In this document: piece after piece, positions 1 through 9,015 of the stretch
Position numbering within the stretch: the first letter of the stretch is position 1
Layout of the letters: every line of letters begins with the position of its first letter
Source: an uncultured Gammaproteobacteria bacterium
GTDB taxonomy: Bacteria; Patescibacteriota; Patescibacteriia; Patescibacteriales; UBA12465
DNA: 64,000 nt
Assembly (NCBI GenBank): GCA_964355275.1
Contig: CAYHCB010000002.1
Location: 6,639 to 70,638 of the forward strand
Direction: 5' to 3'
Translations under genes and position numbers: made by a program
Notes under the pieces: model-generated
What the model was told of the DNA's origin: nothing
Database searches by the model: none
What the model saw: the letters and a program-made list of their open reading frames with translations, nothing else

Positions 1-201
1 GTTGAGGTTATATCGCAAATTGAGCCTCGGATTGTTATCCCGATGCATTATTATACCGACGGTTTAGCCTATGAAGGCTTAGATGCTGTGGAAAAATTTA
101 TAAAGGAATTAGGGATTGAGCCTAGTCGTGAAGAGAAATTAAAGATTACAAAAAAAGAGTTACCCCAAGAAGACATGGAGCTTGTTATTCTTAGTTTTTA
201 A
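1..201 (+). CDS. C-terminal fragment of an MBL-fold (beta-lactamase-fold) metal-dependent hydrolase, truncated by the window edge
   Basis: Frame 1 is open from base 1 to TAA at 199-201 (VEVISQIEPRIVIPMHYYTDGL...ELVILSF*). The IVIPMHY context resembles UPF0173-type hydrolases. It has no start in the window, so it is absent from the ORF track. Confidence 0.45.
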   Translation, partial: VEVISQIEPRIVIPMHYYTDGLAYEGLDAVEKFIKELGIEPSREEKLKITKKELPQEDMELVILSF

Positions 202-221
202 AAAAATAAAATAGAAAATTT

Positions 222-827
222 ATGATGCAACACCCTAAGAAAGAAAGAACATTTGTTATTCTTAAGCCAGATGCTGTGCAAAGAGGTCTTATAGGAGAAG
301 TTATTTCCCGTTTTGAAAGGGTTGGTTTAAAAATGATAGCCCTTAAAATGGTTATGGCCACCGAACAACAGTGTTGGGACCATTATAATAAAGATGAGGC
401 TTGGTTTTTAAAAAAAGGTGCTAATATAATGAAGAATCGGCAAGATTTAGGGATGCCTGTAGAAAAAGAAGCCCTAGAATACGGTAAAGATATTATTCGC
501 GCGCTTGTTAAATTTATGACTGCTGGGCCGATTGTCCCAATGATTTTTGAAGGCAATCAGGCAATGGGGATTGTTAAAAAAATTGTAGGTGGCACCGAGC
601 CATTAACTTCAGACGTAGGCACAATTCGTGGTGATTTTACTTTAGATTCTTATGAATTATCTAGTTATGACGATAGGGCAGTACGTAATTTAATTCACTG
701 TTCTGACCAAACCGAAGAAGCTGAAAGAGAAATAAAAATTTGGTTTGATAATTCAGAAATTATTGGTTATCGATTAGTAGCCGAAGGAATTATTTATGAT
801 GTTAATTTAGATGGTATTAAAGAGTAG
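222..827 (+). CDS. ndk: Nucleoside diphosphate kinase, long form (201 aa)
   Basis: ERTFVILKPDAVQRGLIGEVISRFERVGLKMIALKM N-terminus and NLIHCSD active-site His motif. It is about 50 aa longer than classical NDKs because of an internal insertion. Confidence 0.9.
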   Translation: MMQHPKKERTFVILKPDAVQRGLIGEVISRFERVGLKMIALKMVMATEQQCWDHYNKDEAWFLKKGANIMKNRQDLGMPVEKEALEYGKDIIRALVKFMTAGPIVPMIFEGNQAMGIVKKIVGGTEPLTSDVGTIRGDFTLDSYELSSYDDRAVRNLIHCSDQTEEAEREIKIWFDNSEIIGYRLVAEGIIYDVNLDGIKE

Positions 828-830
828 AAT

Positions 831-1280
831 ATGAACCCAGGCGAACAAAATGATCAAAGAGTTTTGTGGATTAAAATAGGAGTCATAAGTTTATTGACTG
901 TTATTTTATTTTTATGGTTGGCTAATTTACGAGGAGTGTTTGAAAGTAGAAATAATAGTACGGATAAAACGTGGGAAAAGATTAGTAGCGATATGAATAA
1001 ATCTTTTCAGGAAGCAGAAAGTCGCTTTAGCGATGTTTCTAGTTCTTCAGACAGTGCCTTCGTTAAAGATTTACTTGATAAAGCTAGCTCTACTGTGACA
1101 AATAATAACTCCGCTAACAAAACAATTAAACAAGAATTATCAGATTTAATAAAAATTGGAACAACCACACCTAAAAGAATTAATTGTCCGCCGTATATAA
1201 ATTGTATGCCTTCAATTGGCGAGGCTAAACCATGTATTATTCCTGCTGGTTGTGAAGATGTTACTCAAATTGCTTATTAA
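831..1280 (+). CDS. Hypothetical membrane-anchored protein with a Cys-containing C-terminus
   Basis: ORF starts 4 nt after ndk. One N-terminal hydrophobic helix (VLWIKIGVISLLTVILFLWLA). Ser/Asn-rich middle. C-terminal CPPYINCMPSIGEAKPCIIPAGC. Confidence 0.45.
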   Translation: MNPGEQNDQRVLWIKIGVISLLTVILFLWLANLRGVFESRNNSTDKTWEKISSDMNKSFQEAESRFSDVSSSSDSAFVKDLLDKASSTVTNNNSANKTIKQELSDLIKIGTTTPKRINCPPYINCMPSIGEAKPCIIPAGCEDVTQIAY

Positions 1281-1293
1281 ACTTTAGAAGTCT

Positions 1294-3792
1294 ATGTCTA
1301 ACGAGAATGAAAAGTCGGAAAAATTAGAAAATATCCGCAAACAAACAGAATTTGGGATGGTTGAAGAACAACCAATCGTCGACGAGATGAGTCGCTCTTA
1401 TTTAGAATACGCTATGAGCGTTATAGTTTCTCGAGCTTTGCCGGATGTGCGCGATGGCATGAAACCAGTTCATCGTCGTATTTTATATGCGATGTGGAGC
1501 ATCGGGCTGAGAGCCAATGCTAAATTTAGAAAATCAGCGACAGTAGTCGGTGAAGTTTTAGGTAAATATCATCCTCATGGCGATAGCGCTGTTTACGATT
1601 CAATGGTTCGTATGGCCCAAGATTTTTCTTTGCGTTATCAATTAGTAAAGGGGCAAGGAAATTTTGGTTCAATGGATGGTGACCCACCAGCGGCGATGCG
1701 TTATACTGAGGCCAAACTATCCGGAATATCTGAAGAAATGTTATTCGACATTGATAAAGATACGGTTGATTTTATACCTAATTTTGATGGCTCACATAAA
1801 GAACCGCGAGTTTTACCAGCTAAATTACCAAATTTATTACTTAACGGTACCATGGGTATTGCTGTTGGTATGTCGACTAATATTCCGCCCCATAATTTAC
1901 GAGAATTATCGGGCGCTATTATTCATTTATTAGATAATCCAGAAGCTAGCATTGAAGATTTAATGGAATTTGTAAAAGGACCAGATTTTCCAACAGGCGG
2001 TATTATTTATAATAAAAAAGATATTTTAACTGCTTACGCTACTGGTCGTGGCGGCATTGTCATGCGGGGTAAAGCAGAAATTCAGGAAAATAAAAATGGT
2101 TTTCAAATTATTATTTCCGAAATCCCTTACCAAGTTAATAAAGCTGATTTGGTTGAAAAAATTGCTGACTTAGTCAAAGATAAAAAAGTTGATGGTATTC
2201 GAGCTTTACGTGATGAGTCTGATAGAGATGGTGTTCGCGTAGTGATTGAAATGAAAAAAGAAGCTTATCCTAAAAAAATATTAAACGCTTTATATAAACA
2301 TACTTCACTGCAAACTACTTTTCACGTTAATATGTTAGCTTTAGTTGATCGTGGTATTCAGCCAAAAGTTTTAACTCTAAAAATGATTTTAGAGGAGTAT
2401 ATTAAACACCGCGAAGAAGTGGTTAAACGTCGCACTCAATTTGAACTTAACAAAGCTTTAGACAGAGCTCATATTTTAGAAGGGCTCATGATTGCGCTTA
2501 AAAATATTGATGAAGTAATTAAAACCATTAAAGCCTCTAAAGATAAAGAAGTGGCTAAAGTAAGTTTAATTAAAAAATTTAAATTATCAGATCGTCAGGC
2601 TGTTGCAATTTTAGAAATGCGTTTGCAAAATTTAGCCAATTTAGAACAACAAAGAATTGAAGATGAACTTAGTGAAAAGAGAAAATTAATAAAAGAACTC
2701 GAAACCTTACTTGCTTCATTAATTAAAATTAGATCTTTAATTAAAGAAGAGTTATTAGCGCTTACTGAAAAATTTGGCGATGAACGTCGTACCGAAATAA
2801 TTCCTCATGGTATTAAGGAATTTAATATGGAGGATTTAGTGCCCAATGAAGAAGCGATTGTCATGATGACGCGCGATGGTTACATTAAGCGTACTGAGCC
2901 AGATACTTTTAAGGTTCAAGCTAGGGGTGGCAAAGGTATTATTGGTTTAACTACTAAGGAGGAGGATTCGGTGTTATTTATGTTCACCACTTTGACCCAT
3001 AATGATATCTTATTTTTTACCACCAAAGGGCGAGTTTTCCAACTTAAAGCCTACGAAATTCCTCAAGCCTCTAGAATCGCTAAAGGTACGCCAATTGTTA
3101 ACTTTTTACAACTTACCGGCGGTGAACAGGTGACCTCTATTTTACCTTTGGATAAAATATCAAATAGTCGTTATCTTTTTTTCGCTACCGAAAAGGGTTT
3201 AGTTAAAAAAGTTGACGTTAGCGCCTTTGCCAATGTTCGTCGCAGTGGTCTTATGGCAATTAAAATTAAAGAAGATGATAAATTAATTTGGGCTAAACCA
3301 ACTTCAGGTAGTGATCATATTCATTTAATAACAGCTCAAGGACAAGCAATTCGCTTTAAAGAAACTGATGTTAGAGATATGGGCCGCAATGCTTCTGGCG
3401 TTAATGGCGTTAGATTACATAAGAACGATCGTTTAATTGGTATTGGAATTGCTAAAACTGATAAAGATAAAATTAGAAAATACCAAGTCTTAACAATTAT
3501 GGCTCGTGGTTACGGAAAACGAACAGATTTCGGTTTGTATAAAGTTCAGGGTCGCGGTGGTAGCGGTATTAAGACGGCAAAAATAACTGAGAAGACCGGC
3601 GAGCTGACTAATGCTTTTTTACTTAATTCGGAAACAATGATTGATCGCGATATCGTAATCATTTCTGATAACGGTCAAGTAATTCGTGTTCCCTTTAAAT
3701 CAATTAGTGTTTTGGGTCGCGATACCCAAGGTGTAAAAATTATGAGATTCAAGGCCGGTGATGACAGGGTGGCTAGCGTTACGTGGGCTTAA
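1294..3792 (+). CDS. gyrA: DNA gyrase subunit A
   Basis: 832 aa. [53 protein letters not shown] (QRDR region) and AAMRYTEA catalytic-Tyr motif. C-terminal beta-pinwheel repeats. Confidence 0.97.
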   Translation: MSNENEKSEKLENIRKQTEFGMVEEQPIVDEMSRSYLEYAMSVIVSRALPDVRDGMKPVHRRILYAMWSIGLRANAKFRKSATVVGEVLGKYHPHGDSAVYDSMVRMAQDFSLRYQLVKGQGNFGSMDGDPPAAMRYTEAKLSGISEEMLFDIDKDTVDFIPNFDGSHKEPRVLPAKLPNLLLNGTMGIAVGMSTNIPPHNLRELSGAIIHLLDNPEASIEDLMEFVKGPDFPTGGIIYNKKDILTAYATGRGGIVMRGKAEIQENKNGFQIIISEIPYQVNKADLVEKIADLVKDKKVDGIRALRDESDRDGVRVVIEMKKEAYPKKILNALYKHTSLQTTFHVNMLALVDRGIQPKVLTLKMILEEYIKHREEVVKRRTQFELNKALDRAHILEGLMIALKNIDEVIKTIKASKDKEVAKVSLIKKFKLSDRQAVAILEMRLQNLANLEQQRIEDELSEKRKLIKELETLLASLIKIRSLIKEELLALTEKFGDERRTEIIPHGIKEFNMEDLVPNEEAIVMMTRDGYIKRTEPDTFKVQARGGKGIIGLTTKEEDSVLFMFTTLTHNDILFFTTKGRVFQLKAYEIPQASRIAKGTPIVNFLQLTGGEQVTSILPLDKISNSRYLFFATEKGLVKKVDVSAFANVRRSGLMAIKIKEDDKLIWAKPTSGSDHIHLITAQGQAIRFKETDVRDMGRNASGVNGVRLHKNDRLIGIGIAKTDKDKIRKYQVLTIMARGYGKRTDFGLYKVQGRGGSGIKTAKITEKTGELTNAFLLNSETMIDRDIVIISDNGQVIRVPFKSISVLGRDTQGVKIMRFKAGDDRVASVTWA

Positions 3793-3810
3793 AAATAGAT
3801 TTTAGATAAG

Positions 3811-3839
3811 AAAAAACCGGGCTTGTGTCCGGTTTTTTT
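3811..3839. terminator. Rho-independent terminator, bidirectional (gyrA / minus-strand ORF)
   Basis: aaaaaaCCGGGCttgtGTCCGGttttttt: 8-bp stem with one G-U pair, 4-nt loop, A-tract upstream and T-tract downstream. Confidence 0.75.
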
Positions 3840-3859
3840 GTAGGTTTTATGATCACATT

Positions 3860-4171
3860 TTATGACCATAATCGCGTCATAATAATTGCAATTAATATCA
3901 ACGATACAAGGAGTAGATAAACCCATTTCGGGGTTAGCTTTTTTAGTGAAGTTTTTAAATATCTTTTTTCTAAATCTTTAGCTATAAAAAAACTAATTCC
4001 TAGTAAAGATAAAAATAATAATTCCGGGCCGAGAAATTGGGTTATATTCTTTTTCTCTAGACCAAAATATATTATTAGGAGAGCGACGGGGGCGGCCAAA
4101 ATAAATTGGGCAGCGGCCATAATAAAAAAAAATAAATGACCAATTTTTAAAAGGACTATTTTTATTTTCAT
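3860..4171 (-). CDS. Hypothetical small integral membrane protein (103 aa)
   Basis: Three to four hydrophobic segments. Convergent with gyrA across the terminator. No recognisable motif. Confidence 0.4.
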   Translation of the reverse strand: MKIKIVLLKIGHLFFFIMAAAQFILAAPVALLIIYFGLEKKNITQFLGPELLFLSLLGISFFIAKDLEKRYLKTSLKKLTPKWVYLLLVSLILIAIIMTRLWS

Positions 4172-4324
4172 AAAATATTTTTTATGCCTTTTTCTTTAAA
4201 AGACGGGTTATTTTTAAGGTTCATAATTTTTTTATTCTAGTATTTTATCAAGTTATTGTCAATATGCTAAAAAACTTAAAAGATATATAATAGAAGTAAT
4301 AATTTATTAATTTTTACATATTTT

Positions 4325-5449
4325 ATGGATAACTTATTTATATTTTTGTTTGTTGCGGTTCTCATCAGTTTGACTGTGATTATTTTTATTTTACTTAAGA
4401 AAAAAAATGAAGGAGCAGAAAAAATGACTCCCTTTATGGAGCGCTTAGTTACTCAATCAGAGCAACTAAGTCAGCTTAATCTCCAGAACACCGAGCTTCG
4501 TCAAGAACTAGATCGTAAGTTATCCGAAACTCACCGGGCTAGTCAGGGGCAATTTGAGCAAACTACGCGGATTATTCAAAATATTACCGGACAGTCGGCT
4601 AAACTTATTGCCGATGTAACTGAAAAACTTACTAAGTTAGACGAAACAAATAAACAGGTGGTTAATTTTTCGGCGCAACTTCAAAGTTTGCAAGATATTT
4701 TAAAAAATCCAAAACAACGTGGTATTTTAGGGGAGTATTATTTAGAGGAAACTTTAAAAAATGTATTGCCACCAAAATCTTATGAAATGCAATATAAAAT
4801 GGGTAAGGATGAAAAGACTGGTAAAGATTTAATTGTTGATGCGGTAGTTTTTGTTAAAGATAAAATAATTCCGATCGATGCGAAATTTTCTTTAGAAAAT
4901 TATGAAAGATTACTCAATTGTTCTGATCCGGAGACTCGAAAAAAATTAGAAGTAGCTTTTAAGCAAGATCTTAAAAATAGAATTGATGAAACTGCTAAAT
5001 ATGTAATGCCTAGCCGAGGCACACTCGAATTTGCTTTCATGTTTATCCCTTCAGAATCTATTTATTACGATTTATTAGTTGGTAGTGTAGGCGGCGTTAA
5101 GGTAAATAGTCGCGATTTAATCGAATATGCTTTTCGCGAACGAAAAGTAATTATTATTTCGCCAACTTCATTTTTGGCTTATTTACAAACCGTTTTGCAG
5201 GGACTAAAGGCTATGCAGATTGAAGAAAAGGCCAAAGAAATAAAACAAAATGTAGAAAAATTAGGTAGACACATTATTTCTTATGATGAATTTTTACAAA
5301 AAATGGGTAACAGTTTATCAACCACAGTTAATCATTATAATAGTGCTTATTCTGAGTTTAAAAAAATCGATAAAGACGTTATAAAAATTACTGGCGGTGC
5401 CAGTGAGGTGGAAGTTATAACAATTGAGAGACCAAAAAACGATGAATAA
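4325..5449 (+). CDS. rmuC: DNA recombination protein RmuC
   Basis: N-terminal TM plus coiled coil, then RGILGEYYLEETL...DAVVFVKDKIIPIDAKFSLENY...FMFIPSESIYY, typical of the RmuC nuclease-like family. Confidence 0.85.
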   Translation: MDNLFIFLFVAVLISLTVIIFILLKKKNEGAEKMTPFMERLVTQSEQLSQLNLQNTELRQELDRKLSETHRASQGQFEQTTRIIQNITGQSAKLIADVTEKLTKLDETNKQVVNFSAQLQSLQDILKNPKQRGILGEYYLEETLKNVLPPKSYEMQYKMGKDEKTGKDLIVDAVVFVKDKIIPIDAKFSLENYERLLNCSDPETRKKLEVAFKQDLKNRIDETAKYVMPSRGTLEFAFMFIPSESIYYDLLVGSVGGVKVNSRDLIEYAFRERKVIIISPTSFLAYLQTVLQGLKAMQIEEKAKEIKQNVEKLGRHIISYDEFLQKMGNSLSTTVNHYNSAYSEFKKIDKDVIKITGGASEVEVITIERPKNDE

Positions 5450-6380
5450 TCTTTATCAAAAAAATGAAGACATTTTACTGCGTGAAGCCGTTATTCGAGC
5501 TATCGTCTTTTTTGACCTGTTTAATTATCCGCTAACACGTTGGGAAATTTGGCAAAACTTACCAATCGAAATTAATTTTAGTGATCTAGATGGAATGGTT
5601 AATCTGGTTGTTTCTGAAGGAGTAATTTGTGAAAAAGAAGGTTTTCATTTTTTGCCTAATCGCGAAGAATTAATTAATATTCGTCGTGAACGTTATAATT
5701 ATGCCAATTATAAAATTAAATTAGCCCGTCGCGCTTCTAGATTTTTTAGACTACTACCGAGTGTGAAATTAGTGGCCGTTTCTAATTTAATTGGTCATCA
5801 TAATTTACGACAAGAAAGTGATATTGATATTTTTATTATCTCTTCTCCGCGTCGCCTGTGGCTGACTCGTTTATTTTGTACTGGACTTATGAAAATAACC
5901 CATCAGCGTCCGACTAAACAGTGCAAGCGCAATAAAATGTGTTTAAGTTTTTATGCCAGTTTAGATGGTTTAGCTATGGAATCACTTCGCTTTAAACCAG
6001 ACGATCCTTATTTTGATCATTGGTTTTTGGGCTTATATCCAGTTTATGACGATAATCGGTATTTATCATATTTACGTTTTAAAAATCTTTGGCTTAAAAA
6101 TTCTTTTCCCAATTGTTTATTGCTAGAAGAAAAATTTCCTGATAATTATTTTAAACGTAGTTTTTGGAGTTGGAGTTTTTTCTATTTTGGAGATTTGCTT
6201 AATTTGTTGGCCAAAAACATACAGTTGACTATTATGCCGGCTCGTTTAAAAAATTTGGTTAACAAGCAATCGGGGGTAGTAGTTAGTGATTCTGTTTTAC
6301 GTTTTTATTTAAACGATCGTCGGGCTGAATTTCATAAAAAATATTACGACAAGCTAACTCATTTTAATATTTATGAATAA
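5442..6380 (+). CDS. Hypothetical protein with a nucleotidyltransferase-fold-like motif
   Basis: The track ORF begins at a TTG (5424). The first ATG is 5442 and overlaps the rmuC stop. SNLIGHHNLRQESDIDIFII fits the G[SG]x9-13-DxD pol-beta NTase pattern. Its stop overlaps the start of the next gene. Confidence 0.45.
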   Translation: MNNLYQKNEDILLREAVIRAIVFFDLFNYPLTRWEIWQNLPIEINFSDLDGMVNLVVSEGVICEKEGFHFLPNREELINIRRERYNYANYKIKLARRASRFFRLLPSVKLVAVSNLIGHHNLRQESDIDIFIISSPRRLWLTRLFCTGLMKITHQRPTKQCKRNKMCLSFYASLDGLAMESLRFKPDDPYFDHWFLGLYPVYDDNRYLSYLRFKNLWLKNSFPNCLLLEEKFPDNYFKRSFWSWSFFYFGDLLNLLAKNIQLTIMPARLKNLVNKQSGVVVSDSVLRFYLNDRRAEFHKKYYDKLTHFNIYE

Positions 6381-7638
6381 AGATAAAATAAGCCAATATT
6401 GTCTTTATTTTTGGCTACTTGTTTGGCCATGGCAGACAAAATTAATTATTCATTCTGCTCCAGTAAATTATTTAGAAATCTCCTTTTTTATTTCTTGGTT
6501 ATTACTGTTTATCCCATTTTTAGTTTGGGGTTGGCGATTTTTTTTGAGTGATTATTGGCGTTTTAAAAAAAACGATAAATATCCTTTATGGTGGCTTGGT
6601 TTAATTTTACTTGAACTTGTTGCTTTTTTATCAATTTTTTGGGCTGAAGATAAAATACTGGCGCTGTTTCGTTATTTAGTCTTAGTAATTGGCATTCTAT
6701 TATTTTATATTATAAAAAATAATAAAATAATTTTCATTCATAGGCTGGGAAACTTTTTTTTACTCGGTTTATTTATTCCAGCCCTTTTAGGCGTTTGGCA
6801 ATTCTTTAGTCAAAACACGGTAACCAGTAAATATTTAGGCCTAGCTTTTCATTCTTCCAGTCTCCTAGGTTCATCGGTTATAGAAACTAGTAGTGGGCGT
6901 TTTTTAAGGGCTTATGGATCCTTTGATCATCCTAATATTTTGGGCGGTTTAATGGCGTTAGCACTTATTATAATTATTTATTTAAGTTTAAAAAAAGAGA
7001 TCAGTAAAAATCAGAGATTATTTTATTTAATTAGTTTTATATTATTTTATTTAACTTTACTCCTTTCTTTTTCACGTTCCGCTATTCTAGCATTTTTTGT
7101 TAGTTTATTTTTTATACTAATTAATGCTTGGCGAGGCTCCTTGGTCCAGAAAAAAATAATTTATTTATTTATTACTCTGATGATCTGTGTTTCGGTTGTT
7201 GTTATTATGCCTAATCGCGAATTATTTTTTGTAAGAGTAAATGTAAATAGTCGCTTAGAGCAGAAATCTTTAATTGAAAGAGAATCTTATATTAGGCAGG
7301 CGGCAGACATTATTATAAAAAATCCAATACAAGGAGTGGGGCTTGGTAATTATATTTTAGCGGAGAAAAAAACAGATAATAGCCGGCACGAACTTTGGTA
7401 TTATCAACCGGTTCATAATTATTGGTTACTTATTTGGTCAGAAATTGGGTTATTTGGTTTGCTCGGTATTTTTATTTTTTGGTTTTCTATTATTAAGTTA
7501 AGTATCAAAAAATATTTATGGCCACTGGCTATTACTTTGTTTATTTTAAGTTTATTTGATCATTGGTTCTGGACGCAACCAATGGGGCTAATGGTGTTCT
7601 TCTTATTGGCCGCTTTTATGGTTCGAGAAGATTTTTAA
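6373..7638 (+). CDS. O-antigen ligase / Wzy_C-family polytopic membrane protein
   Basis: About 10 TM segments. FSRSAILAFFVSLFF followed by a large loop with GVGLGNY...H motif, typical of Wzy_C/WaaL/PglL-type proteins. Confidence 0.7.
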   Translation: MNKDKISQYCLYFWLLVWPWQTKLIIHSAPVNYLEISFFISWLLLFIPFLVWGWRFFLSDYWRFKKNDKYPLWWLGLILLELVAFLSIFWAEDKILALFRYLVLVIGILLFYIIKNNKIIFIHRLGNFFLLGLFIPALLGVWQFFSQNTVTSKYLGLAFHSSSLLGSSVIETSSGRFLRAYGSFDHPNILGGLMALALIIIIYLSLKKEISKNQRLFYLISFILFYLTLLLSFSRSAILAFFVSLFFILINAWRGSLVQKKIIYLFITLMICVSVVVIMPNRELFFVRVNVNSRLEQKSLIERESYIRQAADIIIKNPIQGVGLGNYILAEKKTDNSRHELWYYQPVHNYWLLIWSEIGLFGLLGIFIFWFSIIKLSIKKYLWPLAITLFILSLFDHWFWTQPMGLMVFFLLAAFMVREDF

Positions 7639-7652
7639 AATAATTATTTATT

Positions 7653-7678
7653 AAACTAAGCGGACAAATACTTAGTTT
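7653..7678 (+). terminator. Possible hairpin terminator after the Wzy-like gene
   Basis: AAACTAAG-cggacaaata-CTTAGTTT: 8-bp perfect stem but no clean T-tract. Confidence 0.35.
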
Positions 7679-7733
7679 CCCTTTATATAAGAGTTGTGAT
7701 AAATTTAAAGTATAAATTTTAAAGATAAACTAT

Positions 7734-9008
7734 ATGAAACAATATAATATTCAGGCCTTAAATAATAAAATGGCTTACATTAGTGCCCCCTTAGCTGGAA
7801 CAGAGACAATTACCGCCCTTGTGGTAATTAAAACTGGCTCAAAATATGAAAGTCGTCGCGAAAATGGCTTATCCCATTTTCTAGAACATATGTTTTTTAA
7901 GGGGACACTAAAAAGACCGTCAGCCCTGGCACTAGCCACCGAGTTAGATGGTGTTGGCGGCGAATATAATGCTTTTACTTCTAAAGAATATACTGGTTAT
8001 TGGATTAAAGTCCGTTCTGATAAAACAGAAATTGCTTTAGAGTTAATTTCTGATATGCTACTTAACTCTAAATTTGAAGCTGAGGAAATTGAACGCGAAA
8101 AAGGAGTGATTGTCGAAGAAATAAATATGTATGAAGACAATCCACTGATGAAGATAGAGGATGTTTTTGAAACCTGTCTTTATGGTGATACTCCGGCCGG
8201 TTGGGATGTGGCCGGTCAGGTTTCTAATGTTAAATCATTTAAACGCCAAGATTTTATTAATTATTTTGCTAAGCAATATGGCGCTAGTAGTGCCACTTTA
8301 GTGTTAGCCGGTAATTTATTAAAAAATACTGATAGTTTGGTTAAAAAATATTTTTCTAATTTTCCTAAAAATTCTTGGAAAAATAAAATAAAAGTTAAAG
8401 AGGCGCAAAAAAATCCTAATTTACTGGCGGTTCACAAAAAAACCGATCAAATTACTTTATCTCTTGGTGTTAGGACTGAATCAGTTGGTCATAAAGACGA
8501 ATTCATTATTAAACTTCTTAGTATAATTTTAGGCGGTTCAATGAGCTCCCGTTTGTTTAGTGAAATAAGAGAGCGCCGTGGTTTAGCTTACTCAGTTAGA
8601 ACAAGTACCGAATTTTATTCCGACTCTGGTTATTTAGCGACTACCGCTGGTATTAAATTAGGACACGAAGAAGAAGTTATAAAAATTATTATTAACGAAT
8701 ATCGTCGAATATCTCAGGAACTAGTTTCGCCAGAGGAATTATTAAGAGTAAAGGATATGTTAAAGGGGCGGCTAGCTATTTCACTAGAAGCTTCTGATGA
8801 CTTGGCTAATTGGTATGGCAGACAAGCAATTCTTCGCAAGAAATATTTAACTCCAGATGATTATATCGCGGAGATTGATAAAATAAAATTAGCTGATTTA
8901 AAAAGGGTTGCTAAAAAAATATTTATTCAAAGAAATTTAAATTTAGCTTTAATTGGCCCTCTTAATTCGAAAAAAGAATTAATCTTAAAAAAAGCTTTAA
9001 AGTTTTAA
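7734..9008 (+). CDS. M16-family (pitrilysin/insulinase-like) zinc peptidase
   Basis: HFLEHMFFKGT inverted zinc-binding HxxEH motif, downstream E (EREKGVIVEEI), and a two-domain length (424 aa). Confidence 0.85.
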   Translation: MKQYNIQALNNKMAYISAPLAGTETITALVVIKTGSKYESRRENGLSHFLEHMFFKGTLKRPSALALATELDGVGGEYNAFTSKEYTGYWIKVRSDKTEIALELISDMLLNSKFEAEEIEREKGVIVEEINMYEDNPLMKIEDVFETCLYGDTPAGWDVAGQVSNVKSFKRQDFINYFAKQYGASSATLVLAGNLLKNTDSLVKKYFSNFPKNSWKNKIKVKEAQKNPNLLAVHKKTDQITLSLGVRTESVGHKDEFIIKLLSIILGGSMSSRLFSEIRERRGLAYSVRTSTEFYSDSGYLATTAGIKLGHEEEVIKIIINEYRRISQELVSPEELLRVKDMLKGRLAISLEASDDLANWYGRQAILRKKYLTPDDYIAEIDKIKLADLKRVAKKIFIQRNLNLALIGPLNSKKELILKKALKF

Positions 9009-9015
9009 TATACCT

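Noticed and set aside
1664-1933. 89-aa alternative-frame ORF inside gyrA. Similar nested or antisense track ORFs are 11102-11332, 14154-14498, 17426-17614, 17953-18147, 33966-34151, 35094-35456, 35931-36224, 41093-41365, 41718-41942, 42228-42479, 45316-45555, 47930-48373, 49351-49536, 50100-50294, 50963-51187 and 52999-53304.
   Set aside because: Each lies wholly inside a strongly supported conserved gene in another frame or strand. The translations are low-complexity or hydrophobic with no motifs. They are expected by chance.
4256-4291. TTGTCA ... TATAAT upstream of rmuC as a promoter.
   Set aside because: The spacer is 24 nt, too long for a sigma70-type promoter. TATAAT-like hexamers are frequent in this AT-rich DNA.
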